Below are positions 1 through 10,100 of a stretch of 64,000 nt of DNA, one piece after another. Below the pieces are notes generated by a model. It saw only the letters and a program-made list of their open reading frames with translations. It had not been told where the DNA came from and did no database searches. This stretch comes from TPA_inf: Saccharomyces. Lineage: Eukaryota. The stretch spans positions 192,001 through 256,000 of the forward strand of contig BK006943.2 in assembly GCA_000146045.2 (NCBI GenBank). Direction: 5' to 3'. Every line of letters starts with the position of its first letter. Positions within the stretch are counted from its first letter, which is position 1. A program made the translations under genes and the position numbers.

Positions 1-1
1 G

Positions 2-298
2 AGACAACCCTGTTCTCCCATTATACAACACACACACGTTAAGAGACGCAAACGGCCTCGTCTGAGGATCGTAGCCATCAAGAGGAAGCGGAGGCGTCGA
101 AGACCACATCGCATCGAGCGTCCACTCTCAAATATGTACCCAATAATGGAAATCCAGATGGTGGCTGTTCCACTTGCTCTTCCCAGTCCAACTGCACTGG
201 TGCATTATCAGCAGCAGCAACAGCAGCTCCCGCAACATCATCCCTGGTACGACCTCTCGCTTTCTGAAGAAGCCCTCTCGACCTGCTGTTGTAGTTGA
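2..298 (+). CDS. 3' end of an upstream gene entering the window (partial; basic Arg/Lys-rich then poly-Gln C-terminus). Possibly YJL118W by synteny.
   Basis: Frame 2 is open from position 2 to the TGA at 296-298 (..KRRKRPRLRIVAIKRKRRRRRPHRIERP..YQQQQQQLPQHHPWYDLSLSEEALSTCCCS*). There is no in-window start codon of 60 aa or more, so it is absent from the ORF track. The name comes only from the expected gene order. Confidence 0.3.
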   Translation, partial: RQPCSPIIQHTHVKRRKRPRLRIVAIKRKRRRRRPHRIERPLSNMYPIMEIQMVAVPLALPSPTALVHYQQQQQQLPQHHPWYDLSLSEEALSTCCCS

Positions 299-530
299 CC
301 TATAACTGAAAATTCACACCCGCATTACCCAGCGCGCCCGCACGTGCTCTTTATGGAAACTATAATGAATAACGACCAAAGAACATCTTTTTTTCTCTCT
401 CACACAAATAAAGCTTTTCATGTTTATAGATATATAGCACATACTTTTACTAAGTTTTCTAGATTGATTACGACTCTTCCAGTTGCACATTTTTTCATAG
501 CGAAAGTACAAGAGTAGGAAGAGTGGCACA

Positions 531-1466
531 ATGGCGGTTCAACAAAGAAAGAAGAAAGAGGGTAGAAAGTCCGATAAAAATGCCCCATCGGTCCCACAAG
601 TAGATGCATCATTAGACAAACCACTTGATATTGATGCTCCTCCTACTATTTACAGTGTTAATTTGAAACCAGAATATGGTACAGCTGCATTGAATTTGTC
701 CGCGGATTTCATCAGACAAGAACAGGCATTGGCTAATAAGTATTTGTTCTTCCATCCCGTCATCCTTGTTGTTCTAACCATTGGGCTGCTTATTTACTTG
801 ACGCCAAGAATTGTCTTTCCGATAAGGAATACAGGATCCGTTGCTGGATGGTTCTACCAGCTGGCTCGTATTAATAAGAAGGTCGTCCTCAGCGGTTTAG
901 TGTTCACCGCAATTGGTGCATCTTTCTTGTTCACCCTCCTCTCACGTGTATCTGACTCGTATTTCAAGTCGAAGATCAACCAACTTGTTGGTTCTAAAGG
1001 TGAGAAAGTTTTCGGCATCAATTTGAATGATTTGGTGGCAAGACATGAAACAAAGGATCCAGTGGTGAACAATACGCATATCATCGTTTATAGAGAAACG
1101 CCCATTGCATTGATTTCGTTAGCCCCTAACATGACATTAAGTACTGATGAAAATTTAGTCATGAGTGTTACTACTGTGGGTTGTCGTCGTGTATATGTAA
1201 AAAGTGGCATTATCGAAGATTTGATTGATTGGGCTATGCTACACTCCAAAAATATTAGAAGCAGCGGCAAATACGGGGAGACCATGAAACTCTTGATTGA
1301 TGTCTACTCATTCGATAGCACGCTTAAGGAAATTTTGAAGAAAAAAGGGTTCACTTATATTCAAAGCATTAGAGTCTCTGAAAATCGACTACTAGGCGGT
1401 TTGTTCGGTGTGAAGAAGGAATTATGGGGTTTGCAATTCCATTTTAAAGCCGAACACAAGGACTAG
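531..1466 (+). CDS. PHO86: PHO86 (YJL117W), ER membrane protein needed for ER exit of the Pho84 phosphate transporter
   Basis: 311-aa ORF starting at an ATG, with hydrophobic segments. Its position next to NCA3 and ASF1 matches chromosome X gene order, and the size matches the annotated 311 aa. Confidence 0.75.
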
Positions 1467-1859
1467 GATACTGTTATTTTTATAGCCAAAAAATGAAAAA
1501 AAACAGCATGGCATCTTGTTAGTTCTGTTGCAACTCGCAGGAAGTAACAAAATAAACACTATAATATTTCCATATATTTATATATATGTATACAAACACC
1601 TTGTTAACAAAAAAAAAATAAACGAACTAAAGAAAACCGTAATGCAGAGTACACCTTGAAGAGAGAGAAAAGAAAATCTTTGAATCCATAGCATAATAGC
1701 GATCAACGAAACTTTTTAAGAAGTAAAATGAACTGAAAGGAGAAAAATATAACGGAATCCCAATGTATAATAATAAATAGAGAGCGGAAGAAAAAGAATA
1801 ATAAGGGGAATTGAGGGTATCAAAATACAAGACATTCTTTTACCGAAAAGAAGAATGAC

Positions 1860-2873
1860 TTAATAGAAAACAAATTCAGCAGATCCAGATAAAACAGAAA
1901 CTGTGCAACCATCGGAACCATCTCCGGTGAAAGAGCCATCTTCATACGCACAGCTGCCCTGAACGTTAGCGCCATCGGATGCAACTATTTTAACGTTAAA
2001 GTTGGCAGCTTGGTTACTGTTGGGGTTTGGAATCAACGACAAGTATGTTTCTCCATTAGTGGAACCAGCACCTAACACTAGTGGAGCCCAGTTGCCGACA
2101 TCCGAACCAGAAGTACCCCAAATGCACCCATCTTCTGCAGATACACCGGCGTTGTTAATATAGTACTGAGCAGAAGTCTTTTTACCCTGCCATTGATAAT
2201 AAGTGTCTTCATCAACGACTGAAATTGGTTGTGAATCTCCACCATCAACCACTGTGGGAATCACCATGTTTTCTGATCCTGGGTAATCCGTCCTACATAG
2301 AGCAATGGAGTCAGACTTTTTGTTAATGGCCTTAGCAGATGTTTCATCCGTAGAACATAAATCGCTGGTATCAGTGTTGGTACGGTACAAGTAACCATTT
2401 TTACAGTAAAGACCACCAACAGATTTACCATCGCTTGGTTGGTCAGAAGGCCATTGAGTCTTTGACATTCCAGGTTCACATGCATAAGAACAGTAGTAGC
2501 CATCCTTACATTCGGACGAAGTGTTGGCATCCATGTCCATGACAGAGGCCCATCCACCAAATCCTAGCCAGTCCAAGGAAACTATACCGTTTACAGAAGG
2601 GAAGTCCGAACATTTGACAGTACCATCTTGGAATCCGCCATCACGCTTCTGTTCAGAGGTATCCTTCTCAGATGAGGACAATGTAGTGGTAGTAGCAGCA
2701 GATTCTACAGTACTAGTAGCGGCATTGGAATCTATGTATTGAGTGACAGTGACAACCGCTGGTTTTTCATCTTTGTGATGATCTTCATGGTGACTGTCCG
2801 CTGGAGCAGGTGCAGGGGCAGAAAATGCGACAGAAGAAAGGGAAGACAATATTAAAGCTGCGGAAATTTTCAT
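1860..2873 (-). CDS. NCA3: NCA3 (YJL116C), secreted SUN-family protein (SIM1/UTH1/NCA3/SUN4)
   Basis: 337 aa. It has an N-terminal signal peptide ([24 protein letters not shown]), a Ser/Thr-rich region and a Cys-rich C-terminal SUN domain (..[38 protein letters not shown]..). Confidence 0.85.
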   Translation of the reverse strand: MKISAALILSSLSSVAFSAPAPAPADSHHEDHHKDEKPAVVTVTQYIDSNAATSTVESAATTTTLSSSEKDTSEQKRDGGFQDGTVKCSDFPSVNGIVSLDWLGFGGWASVMDMDANTSSECKDGYYCSYACEPGMSKTQWPSDQPSDGKSVGGLYCKNGYLYRTNTDTSDLCSTDETSAKAINKKSDSIALCRTDYPGSENMVIPTVVDGGDSQPISVVDEDTYYQWQGKKTSAQYYINNAGVSAEDGCIWGTSGSDVGNWAPLVLGAGSTNGETYLSLIPNPNSNQAANFNVKIVASDGANVQGSCAYEDGSFTGDGSDGCTVSVLSGSAEFVFY

Positions 2874-4070
2874 TATGTGTTAGAGAGAGACGAGTTAAGT
2901 ATGTGCGACTATACTAGTATTATAATATTAAAGGAAAGTAAGGTACCGTCTATGAGGAGACTGTTAGTTGGATATCAGTAATGAGACGAAAAAGCTCGAA
3001 ATGAATGGATATATTCTTTTTGCTACTGGCAACTGTTGAATATTTAATGTTAAAACAAACTAACTGAGGTATATTCGTATCTGTATGTACACATATACTA
3101 TATACAGGAAAAGATAAGCAAGAGAGAGGATATCAACTACGAGAGCGATCGATTATATATCAAAAGCTGTCCGCTTTGCCACCCATAATCGGCGCTTAGT
3201 TTCGGAGTTCAATCATAATTCTACCACCTTACACTCAACTTACTCTTTAACTCCTATAGTATAATATCGCCACTGACCCCATATTAAAAAAATTTTTTTG
3301 CTCGATCTTCTATCCTCTTTAGGTTAATTGTCGCTGTTATTGTCTAGATTTTTTCTCGGAGATGGCGCATCTATTTGCCGTCAAAAGATCCTCTCATACC
3401 ATATTAAGTAAATTGCCTCCATTTCTTTTTCCTCGGGCAGAGAAACTCGCAGGCAACTTGCTCTCGAAGTGGTCACGTGCGGGTCTAGGCCTGCATAATC
3501 GGCCCTCACAGAGGGATCCCGTTACCCATCTATGCTGAAGATTTATCATACTATTCCTCCGCTCGTTTCTTTTTTCAGTGAGGTGTGTCGTGAAAGAAAA
3601 CCCACAATTAAACTTTCAACAACCGGGCGACTAGGAAGAGAGTAGTGGGCGCGGATGACGAAGGCTAAGGTCACTTCTTCGTTTCCTTTATTGGGGTTTC
3701 CGTGTAGCCTTCCCCTGAATAGTGTGGGACGTTTTATGAGAAGCCGTAAGAAATAGGCAAATTGAGTTATGACAAGTAGACATGATGCCGCAGCCTTGCC
3801 TGACTTTACGTCTCCTTCATGAATAAGTTTTTCTATCGAGTTCTTTTCCTTTTTTCGCCTTAATTAGCTCAATTAAGCCTGTCCTCACTACTTTTCTTTT
3901 TCTTATCGGCTTTGTGCCACACCTAACCTTCGAATGCTGTTTTATTCCGTTCTTACATGGGATGGTAATGCCTTGGCGAGAATTTCGATTTTCAGGATAT
4001 TGTCTTGGTGGCGTCTTTTGCTGTTACTATGTGTTTAAGAGAGAGCTGTTCTACAAAGAACTTTTCATTT

Positions 4071-4112
4071 ACGCGTTTTTTCCTTTTTTTTTTTTTCTCA
4101 TCCTAAACGCGT
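4071..4112. promoter_or_regulatory. Two MCB (MluI cell-cycle box, ACGCGT) elements in the ASF1 promoter
   Basis: ACGCGT occurs at 4071-4076 and 4107-4112, roughly 175-215 bp upstream of the ASF1 ATG. ASF1 is a known G1/S MBF-regulated gene. Confidence 0.45.
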
Positions 4113-4286
4113 AAATCTGTTCCCTTTTTCATGTAATGGGCGTACAACCGACGATGGAAAAATGAATCTTGCAATTTTAATACTAACACTTGGAATAACT
4201 CCAAACAGGTAAGAGGCTCACAGAATCTCGAAAGTGTAACAGCGTACTCTCCCTACCATCCAATTGAAACATAAGATATAGAAAAG

Positions 4287-5126
4287 ATGTCAATTGTTTC
4301 ACTGTTAGGCATCAAAGTCTTAAACAACCCGGCAAAGTTCACTGATCCATATGAGTTTGAAATCACTTTTGAATGCTTAGAATCTTTAAAACATGACTTA
4401 GAGTGGAAACTAACCTATGTTGGGTCCTCTCGTTCTCTAGACCATGACCAGGAATTGGATTCCATTCTGGTAGGCCCCGTTCCCGTAGGTGTTAATAAAT
4501 TTGTGTTTTCTGCTGACCCTCCCTCCGCCGAGCTGATTCCTGCGAGTGAATTGGTTAGTGTGACTGTTATTCTATTAAGTTGTTCTTATGACGGGAGAGA
4601 GTTTGTTAGGGTCGGTTACTACGTGAATAATGAGTACGATGAAGAAGAGTTAAGAGAAAATCCGCCAGCAAAGGTACAAGTAGATCATATTGTAAGAAAT
4701 ATACTGGCTGAAAAGCCAAGGGTAACAAGGTTTAACATTGTTTGGGATAATGAAAATGAAGGGGATTTATACCCACCTGAACAGCCCGGCGTAGATGATG
4801 AAGAGGAGGAGGACGATGAAGAAGAAGATGACGATGAAGATGATGAAGACGACGAAGATGACGATCAAGAAGATGGAGAGGGAGAGGCGGAAGAAGCGGC
4901 AGAGGAGGAAGAAGAGGAGGAAGAGAAGACTGAAGACAACGAAACGAATCTTGAAGAAGAGGAGGAAGACATAGAAAATAGTGACGGCGATGAGGAAGAA
5001 GGAGAAGAAGAGGTGGGGTCTGTAGACAAGAATGAAGATGGTAATGATAAGAAGAGGAGGAAAATAGAAGGGGGGTCCACGGATATTGAATCCACTCCAA
5101 AGGATGCGGCACGTTCAACGAATTAA
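4287..5126 (+). CDS. ASF1: ASF1 (YJL115W), histone H3/H4 chaperone
   Basis: 279 aa. The N-terminal core is conserved ([47 protein letters not shown]). The long poly-Asp/Glu acidic tail (about 4790-5040) is typical of yeast Asf1. Confidence 0.95.
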
Positions 5127-5312
5127 GAATTTATGGGTTATAAGATTAATGGTACCTGCAAGAGAGGTACACTTTATAAAATGTATAAATAAAAAAATAA
5201 CAGACATAAGATAAAGTCGGGTTAGGGCAACAGCTACGTAAAAAATAAAAGGCAGTAATATTTTCCATTTAAGTTGATTTTCTTATTATTGTCGTTGAGA
5301 ACAAAAAGAAAT

Positions 5313-5385
5313 TGGACGAGTCCGGAATCGAACCGGAGACCTCTCCCATGCTAAGGGAGCGCGCTACCGACTACGCCACACGCCC
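5313..5385 (-). tRNA. tA(AGC)J: tRNA-Ala(AGC)
   Basis: The reverse complement reads GGGCGTGTGGCGTAGTCGGTAGCGCGCTCCCTTAGCATGGGAGAGGTCTCCGGTTCGATTCCGGACTCGTCCA. It has a cloverleaf, anticodon AGC, the G3:U70 alanine identity pair, A/B boxes and no intron. A T-tract lies downstream on the minus strand. Confidence 0.95.
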
Positions 5386-5400
5386 TAATATTATTGATAT

Positions 5401-5493
5401 TGTTGTTTATCAAAGTGAGATACGTCAGTATGACAATACGTCATCCTAAAAGTTCATAAAACACATATGAAACAACTTCATAACAGAACGAAC
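5401..5493 (+). repeat. Sigma (Ty3 LTR) 5' fragment, truncated by a later insertion
   Basis: TGTTGTTTATCAAAGTGAGATACGTCAGTATGACAATACGTCATCCTAAAAGTTCATAAAACACATATGAAACAAC... matches the start of the sigma consensus. It begins exactly 16 bp upstream of the tRNA-Ala 5' end, the canonical Ty3 integration position. Confidence 0.6.
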
Positions 5494-5494
5494 A

Positions 5495-5544
5495 TGTTGG
5501 AATAAAAATCCACTATCGTCTATCAACTAATAGTTATATTATCA
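5495..5544 (+). repeat. First ~50 nt of a diverged delta (Ty1/Ty2-type LTR). The rest continues at 12115-12382, split by the Ty4 and solo-delta insertions.
   Basis: TGTTGGAATAAAAATCCACTATCGTCTATCAACTAATAGTTATATTATCA matches the delta 5' end (TGTTGGAATAGAAATCAACTATCATCTACTAACTAGTAT..TATATTATCA). Confidence 0.55.
5540..5544. repeat. Ty4 target-site duplication, left copy (TATCA)
   Basis: TATCA lies immediately 5' of the LTR TGTTGG. The same pentamer lies immediately 3' of the 3' LTR, at 11769-11773. Confidence 0.8.
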
Positions 5545-5915
5545 TGTTGGAACGAGAGTAATTAATAGTGACATGAGTTGCTATGGTAACAATCTAATGC
5601 TTACATCGTATATTAATGTACAACTCGTATACGTTTAAGTGTGATTGCGCCTATTGCAGAAGGAATGTTAAACGAGAAGCTCAGACAATACTGAAGCTGT
5701 GTTAAAGACCTATTAGTTGAACATGTTATGGTAGGTACATATATGAGGAATATGAGTCGTCACATCAATGTATAGTAACTACCGGAATCACTATTATATT
5801 GGTCATAATTAATATGACCAATCGGCGTGTGTTTTATATACCTCTCTTATTTAGTATAAGAAGATCAGTACTCACTTCTTCATTAATACTAATTTTTAAC
5901 CTCTAATTATCAACA
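5545..5915 (+). repeat. Ty4 5' LTR (tau), 371 bp
   Basis: Exact direct repeat of 11398-11768. Begins TGTTGG and ends CAACA. Confidence 0.95.
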
Positions 5916-7157
5916 TGGCGACCCCAGTGAGGGGTGAAACAAGAAATGTTATTGACGACAACATTTCTGCGCGGATTCAATCGAAAGTCAAAACAAATGA
6001 TACTGTCAGACAGACGCCATCATCATTAAGAAAAGTTTCTATTAAAGATGAACAGGTGAGACAATATCAAAGAAACTTAAATAGGTTTAAAACCATACTA
6101 AATGGTTTAAAGGCAGAAGAGGAAAAACTTTCTGAGGCTGATGATATTCAGATGCTAGCTGAAAAATTATTAAAACTCGGAGAAACCATTGACAAGGTTG
6201 AGAATAGGATTGTGGATCTAGTTGAAAAGATACAATTATTGGAAACAAACGAGAACAATAATATATTACATGAACATATAGATGCTACAGGGACTTACTA
6301 TTTATTCGATACGTTAACTTCAACCAACAAAAGATTCTACCCTAAGGATTGTGTTTTTGATTATAGGACTAATAATGTCGAGAACATTCCTATTCTCTTA
6401 AACAATTTTAAAAAATTCATCAAGAAATATCAATTTGATGATGTCTTTGAAAATGATATCATAGAAATCGATCCTCGTGAAAATGAAATCTTGTGCAAGA
6501 TAATCAAAGAAGGACTCGGTGAAAGTTTAGATATCATGAACACAAATACAACTGACATTTTTAGGATAATCGATGGTTTAAAAAAACAAATATAGAAGTT
6601 TGCATGGTAGAGATGTCAGAATTAGAGCCTGGGAAAAGGTTTTGGTTGATACAACATGTAGAAATTCCGCATTGTTAATGAATAAACTTCAAAAGTTGGT
6701 ACTAATGGAAAAATGGATTTTTTCTAAATGCTGCCAAGATTGTCCTAATCTAAAGGATTACCTACAAGAAGCTATCATGGGAACCTTACATGAATCCTTA
6801 AGAAATTCTGTGAAACAACGTTTGTACAACATTCCACATGACGTAGGAATTGATCACGAAGAATTTCTAATCAATACTGTTATTGAAACAGTAATTGATT
6901 TGAGCCCAATTGCAGACGATCAAATAGAAAATAGCTGCATGTATTGCAAATCTGTTTTCCATTGCTCAATTAACTGCAAAAAGAAACCAAATAGGGAACT
7001 TAGGCCTGACTCGACCAATTTCTCAAAAACCTATTATCTACAAGGTGCACAGAGACAACAACCACTTAAGTCCAGTGCAAAACGAACAAAAGTCTTGGAA
7101 CAAGACACAAAAAAGGTCGAACAAAGTGTACAACAGCAAAAAACTGGTAATTATTGA
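5915..7157 (+). CDS. Ty4 TYA (Gag). In this copy it is split into two frames (5915-6595 in frame 2 and 6582/6600-7157 in frame 0) by a frame break at an A7 run.
   Basis: A 226-aa ORF starts at the LTR-proximal ATG. A 185-aa continuation ends NRELRPDSTNF... and contains the Cys/His motif (CMYCKSVFHCSINC). The two parts match a single gag of about 414 codons if one A is removed from 6580-6586. Confidence 0.7.
5916..5933 (+). promoter_or_regulatory. Ty4 minus-strand primer-binding site, complementary to the 3' end of tRNA-Asn(GUU)
   Basis: TGGCGACCCCAGTGAGGG is the reverse complement of the tRNA-Asn 3' end (...CCCTCACTGGGGTCGCCA). It lies directly after the LTR terminal CA and overlaps the TYA start codon. 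Confidence 0.75.
7008..7014 (+). promoter_or_regulatory. Programmed +1 ribosomal frameshift heptamer CTT-AGG-C (TYA to TYB)
   Basis: CTTAGGC lies in the TYA frame (Leu-Arg), and the TYB frame (frame 1) is open across it. It is the same heptamer as the Ty1/Ty2 +1 frameshift site. Confidence 0.75.
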
Positions 7158-10100
7158 TACCGGTTCCGGAGTAAACATTACCAATGACAAAACCTTACTG
7201 CATAATTACGAAGACAGTAATCGCAGTACACGATTTTTTGGTATTGGGAAAAACAGTTCAGTGTCTGTTAAAGGGTATGGCTATATAAAAATCAAGAATG
7301 GTCACAACAATACTGACAATAAGTGTCTATTAACTTACTATGTACCGGAAGAAGAATCCACTATAATCAGCTGTTATGACTTAGCCAAGAAAACCAAAAT
7401 GGTTTTAAGTCGAAAATATACCAGATTGGGAAACAAAATCATAAAAATTAAAACCAAGATAGTTAATGGTGTCATTCACGTAAAAATGAACGAGTTAATT
7501 GAACGTCCTTCCGATGATTCAAAAATAAATGCAATAAAACCTACTTCTTCTCCTGGATTTAAACTAAATAAAAGGTCTATTACCTTGGAAGATGCTCATA
7601 AAAGAATGGGCCATACAGGAATTCAACAAATTGAAAATTCCATAAAACATAATCATTATGAAGAATCCCTTGACTTAATCAAAGAACCAAATGAATTTTG
7701 GTGTCAAACCTGTAAAATCTCTAAAGCCACGAAAAGAAATCATTATACCGGGTCTATGAATAATCATAGTACTGATCATGAACCAGGCTCATCATGGTGC
7801 ATGGATATATTTGGCCCTGTATCAAGTTCAAACGCGGACACTAAAAGGTACATGCTTATTATGGTGGATAACAACACGAGATATTGCATGACCTCCACAC
7901 ACTTCAATAAGAATGCTGAAACTATTTTAGCTCAAGTTAGAAAGAATATTCAGTACGTGGAAACACAATTTGACAGGAAAGTCAGAGAAATTAATTCAGA
8001 CAGAGGTACTGAATTCACAAATGATCAGATAGAAGAATATTTTATTTCAAAAGGAATACATCACATACTTACTTCTACACAAGATCATGCTGCTAACGGA
8101 AGAGCAGAAAGATACATAAGAACAATAATAACTGATGCAACAACACTCCTAAGACAAAGTAACTTAAGAGTAAAATTTTGGGAATACGCAGTAACTTCTG
8201 CTACCAATATAAGAAATTACCTGGAACACAAAAGTACAGGTAAACTACCATTGAAGGCAATCTCACGTCAACCTGTGACAGTGAGATTAATGTCATTCTT
8301 ACCATTTGGCGAAAAAGGAATAATTTGGAATCATAATCACAAAAAATTGAAACCATCTGGACTTCCTTCTATAATTCTATGCAAAGATCCAAATAGTTAT
8401 GGATACAAATTCTTTATACCATCCAAAAATAAAATTGTCACATCTGATAATTATACAATTCCCAACTATACAATGGACGGTAGAGTAAGAAATACTCAGA
8501 ATATTAACAAGAGTCATCAATTCAGTTCAGATAATGATGATGAAGAAGATCAAATCGAAACGGTCACAAACTTATGTGAAGCTTTGGAAAACTACGAAGA
8601 TGATAATAAACCAATTACTCGCCTGGAAGATTTGTTCACAGAGGAAGAGTTATCTCAAATAGACTCAAACGCAAAATACCCATCTCCTAGTAATAACCTA
8701 GAAGGGGACTTGGATTACGTATTTTCTGATGTTGAGGAATCTGGAGATTATGACGTTGAATCTGAACTTTCAACGACAAATAATTCAATCTCAACTGATA
8801 AAAACAAAATTTTGTCAAACAAGGATTTTAATTCAGAACTTGCATCGACTGAAATATCCATCAGTGGAATCGATAAGAAAGGATTAATAAATACAAGTCA
8901 TATTGATGAAGATAAGTATGATGAAAAAGTCCACAGAATTCCATCGATTATACAAGAGAAACTGGTAGGAAGTAAAAATACTATTAAAATCAATGACGAA
9001 AACAAAATCTCCGACAGAATTCGTAGTAAAAACATTGGGAGTATTTTAAACACTGGACTCAGTAGATGTGTAGATATCACCGATGAATCTATTACTAACA
9101 AAGATGAGTCAATGCACAACGCAAAACCCGAACTAATTCAGGAGCAGTTAAAAAAAACAAATCATGAAACTTCGTTTCCTAAAGAAGGGAGCATTGGAAC
9201 AAATGTAAAATTCCGAAATACAAACAATGAGATTTCTTTAAAAACAGGCGATACGAGTTTACCAATAAAAACTTTAGAAAGCATTAACAATCACCATAGT
9301 AATGATTATTCCACAAACAAAGTTGAAAAGTTTGAGAAGGAAAATCATCATCCGCCCCCGATTGAGGACATTGTGGATATGAGTGATCAAACTGATATGG
9401 AATCAAACTGTCAGGATGGTAATAACTTAAAAGAATTAAAAGTCACCGATAAAAATGTACCAACTGACAATGGAACAAATGTGTCACCAAGGTTGGAACA
9501 AAATATTGAAGCATCTGGATCACCAGTACAAACAGTTAATAAAAGTGCCTTCTTAAACAAAGAATTCAGTTCTTTGAACATGAAAAGAAAACGGAAAAGA
9601 CACGATAAAAACAATAGTCTAACAAGCTATGAATTAGAAAGAGATAAGAAGCGTTCAAAAAAGAATCGAGTGAAATTAATTCCAGATAATATGGAAACAG
9701 TTTCAGCACCAAAAATTCGAGCCATATATTATAATGAAGCTATTTCAAAAAATCCTGACCTCAAAGAAAAACATGAATACAAACAGGCATATCATAAAGA
9801 ATTACAGAATTTAAAAGATATGAAGGTATTTGATGTCGATGTGAAGTACAGTAGATCAGAAATCCCTGATAATTTAATAGTACCCACCAACACGATATTC
9901 ACAAAGAAAAGAAATGGGATTTATAAGGCTAGGATAGTCTGCAGAGGTGATACTCAGTCACCAGACACTTACAGTGTAATAACTACAGAATCTTTAAATC
10001 ACAATCATATTAAGATATTCTTAATGATTGCAAACAACAGAAATATGTTTATGAAGACCCTGGATATCAATCATGCATTCCTATATGCTAAATTGGAAGA

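Noticed and set aside
2261-2742. Small ORFs (60-170 aa) antisense to or nested within NCA3, Ty4 TYB, UTP10, GSM1, MEF2, GSH1, LSB6, SAP185, BCK1, KHA1 and TOK1
   Set aside because: Random open frames inside long genes are expected by chance. Compositions are odd (Leu/Ser/Phe-rich) and none carries a recognisable motif. The coordinates given here are one example.
3474-3479. CACGTG (Cbf1/Pho4 E-box) in the NCA3-ASF1 divergent promoter
   Set aside because: A single 6-mer occurrence. I cannot assign it to a gene or factor from sequence alone.
4732-5118. Antisense ORFs of 128 and 76 aa opposite the ASF1 acidic tail
   Set aside because: They are low-complexity Leu/Pro/Ser translations of the complementary strand of a GAA/GAT repeat. 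They have no independent coding signal.
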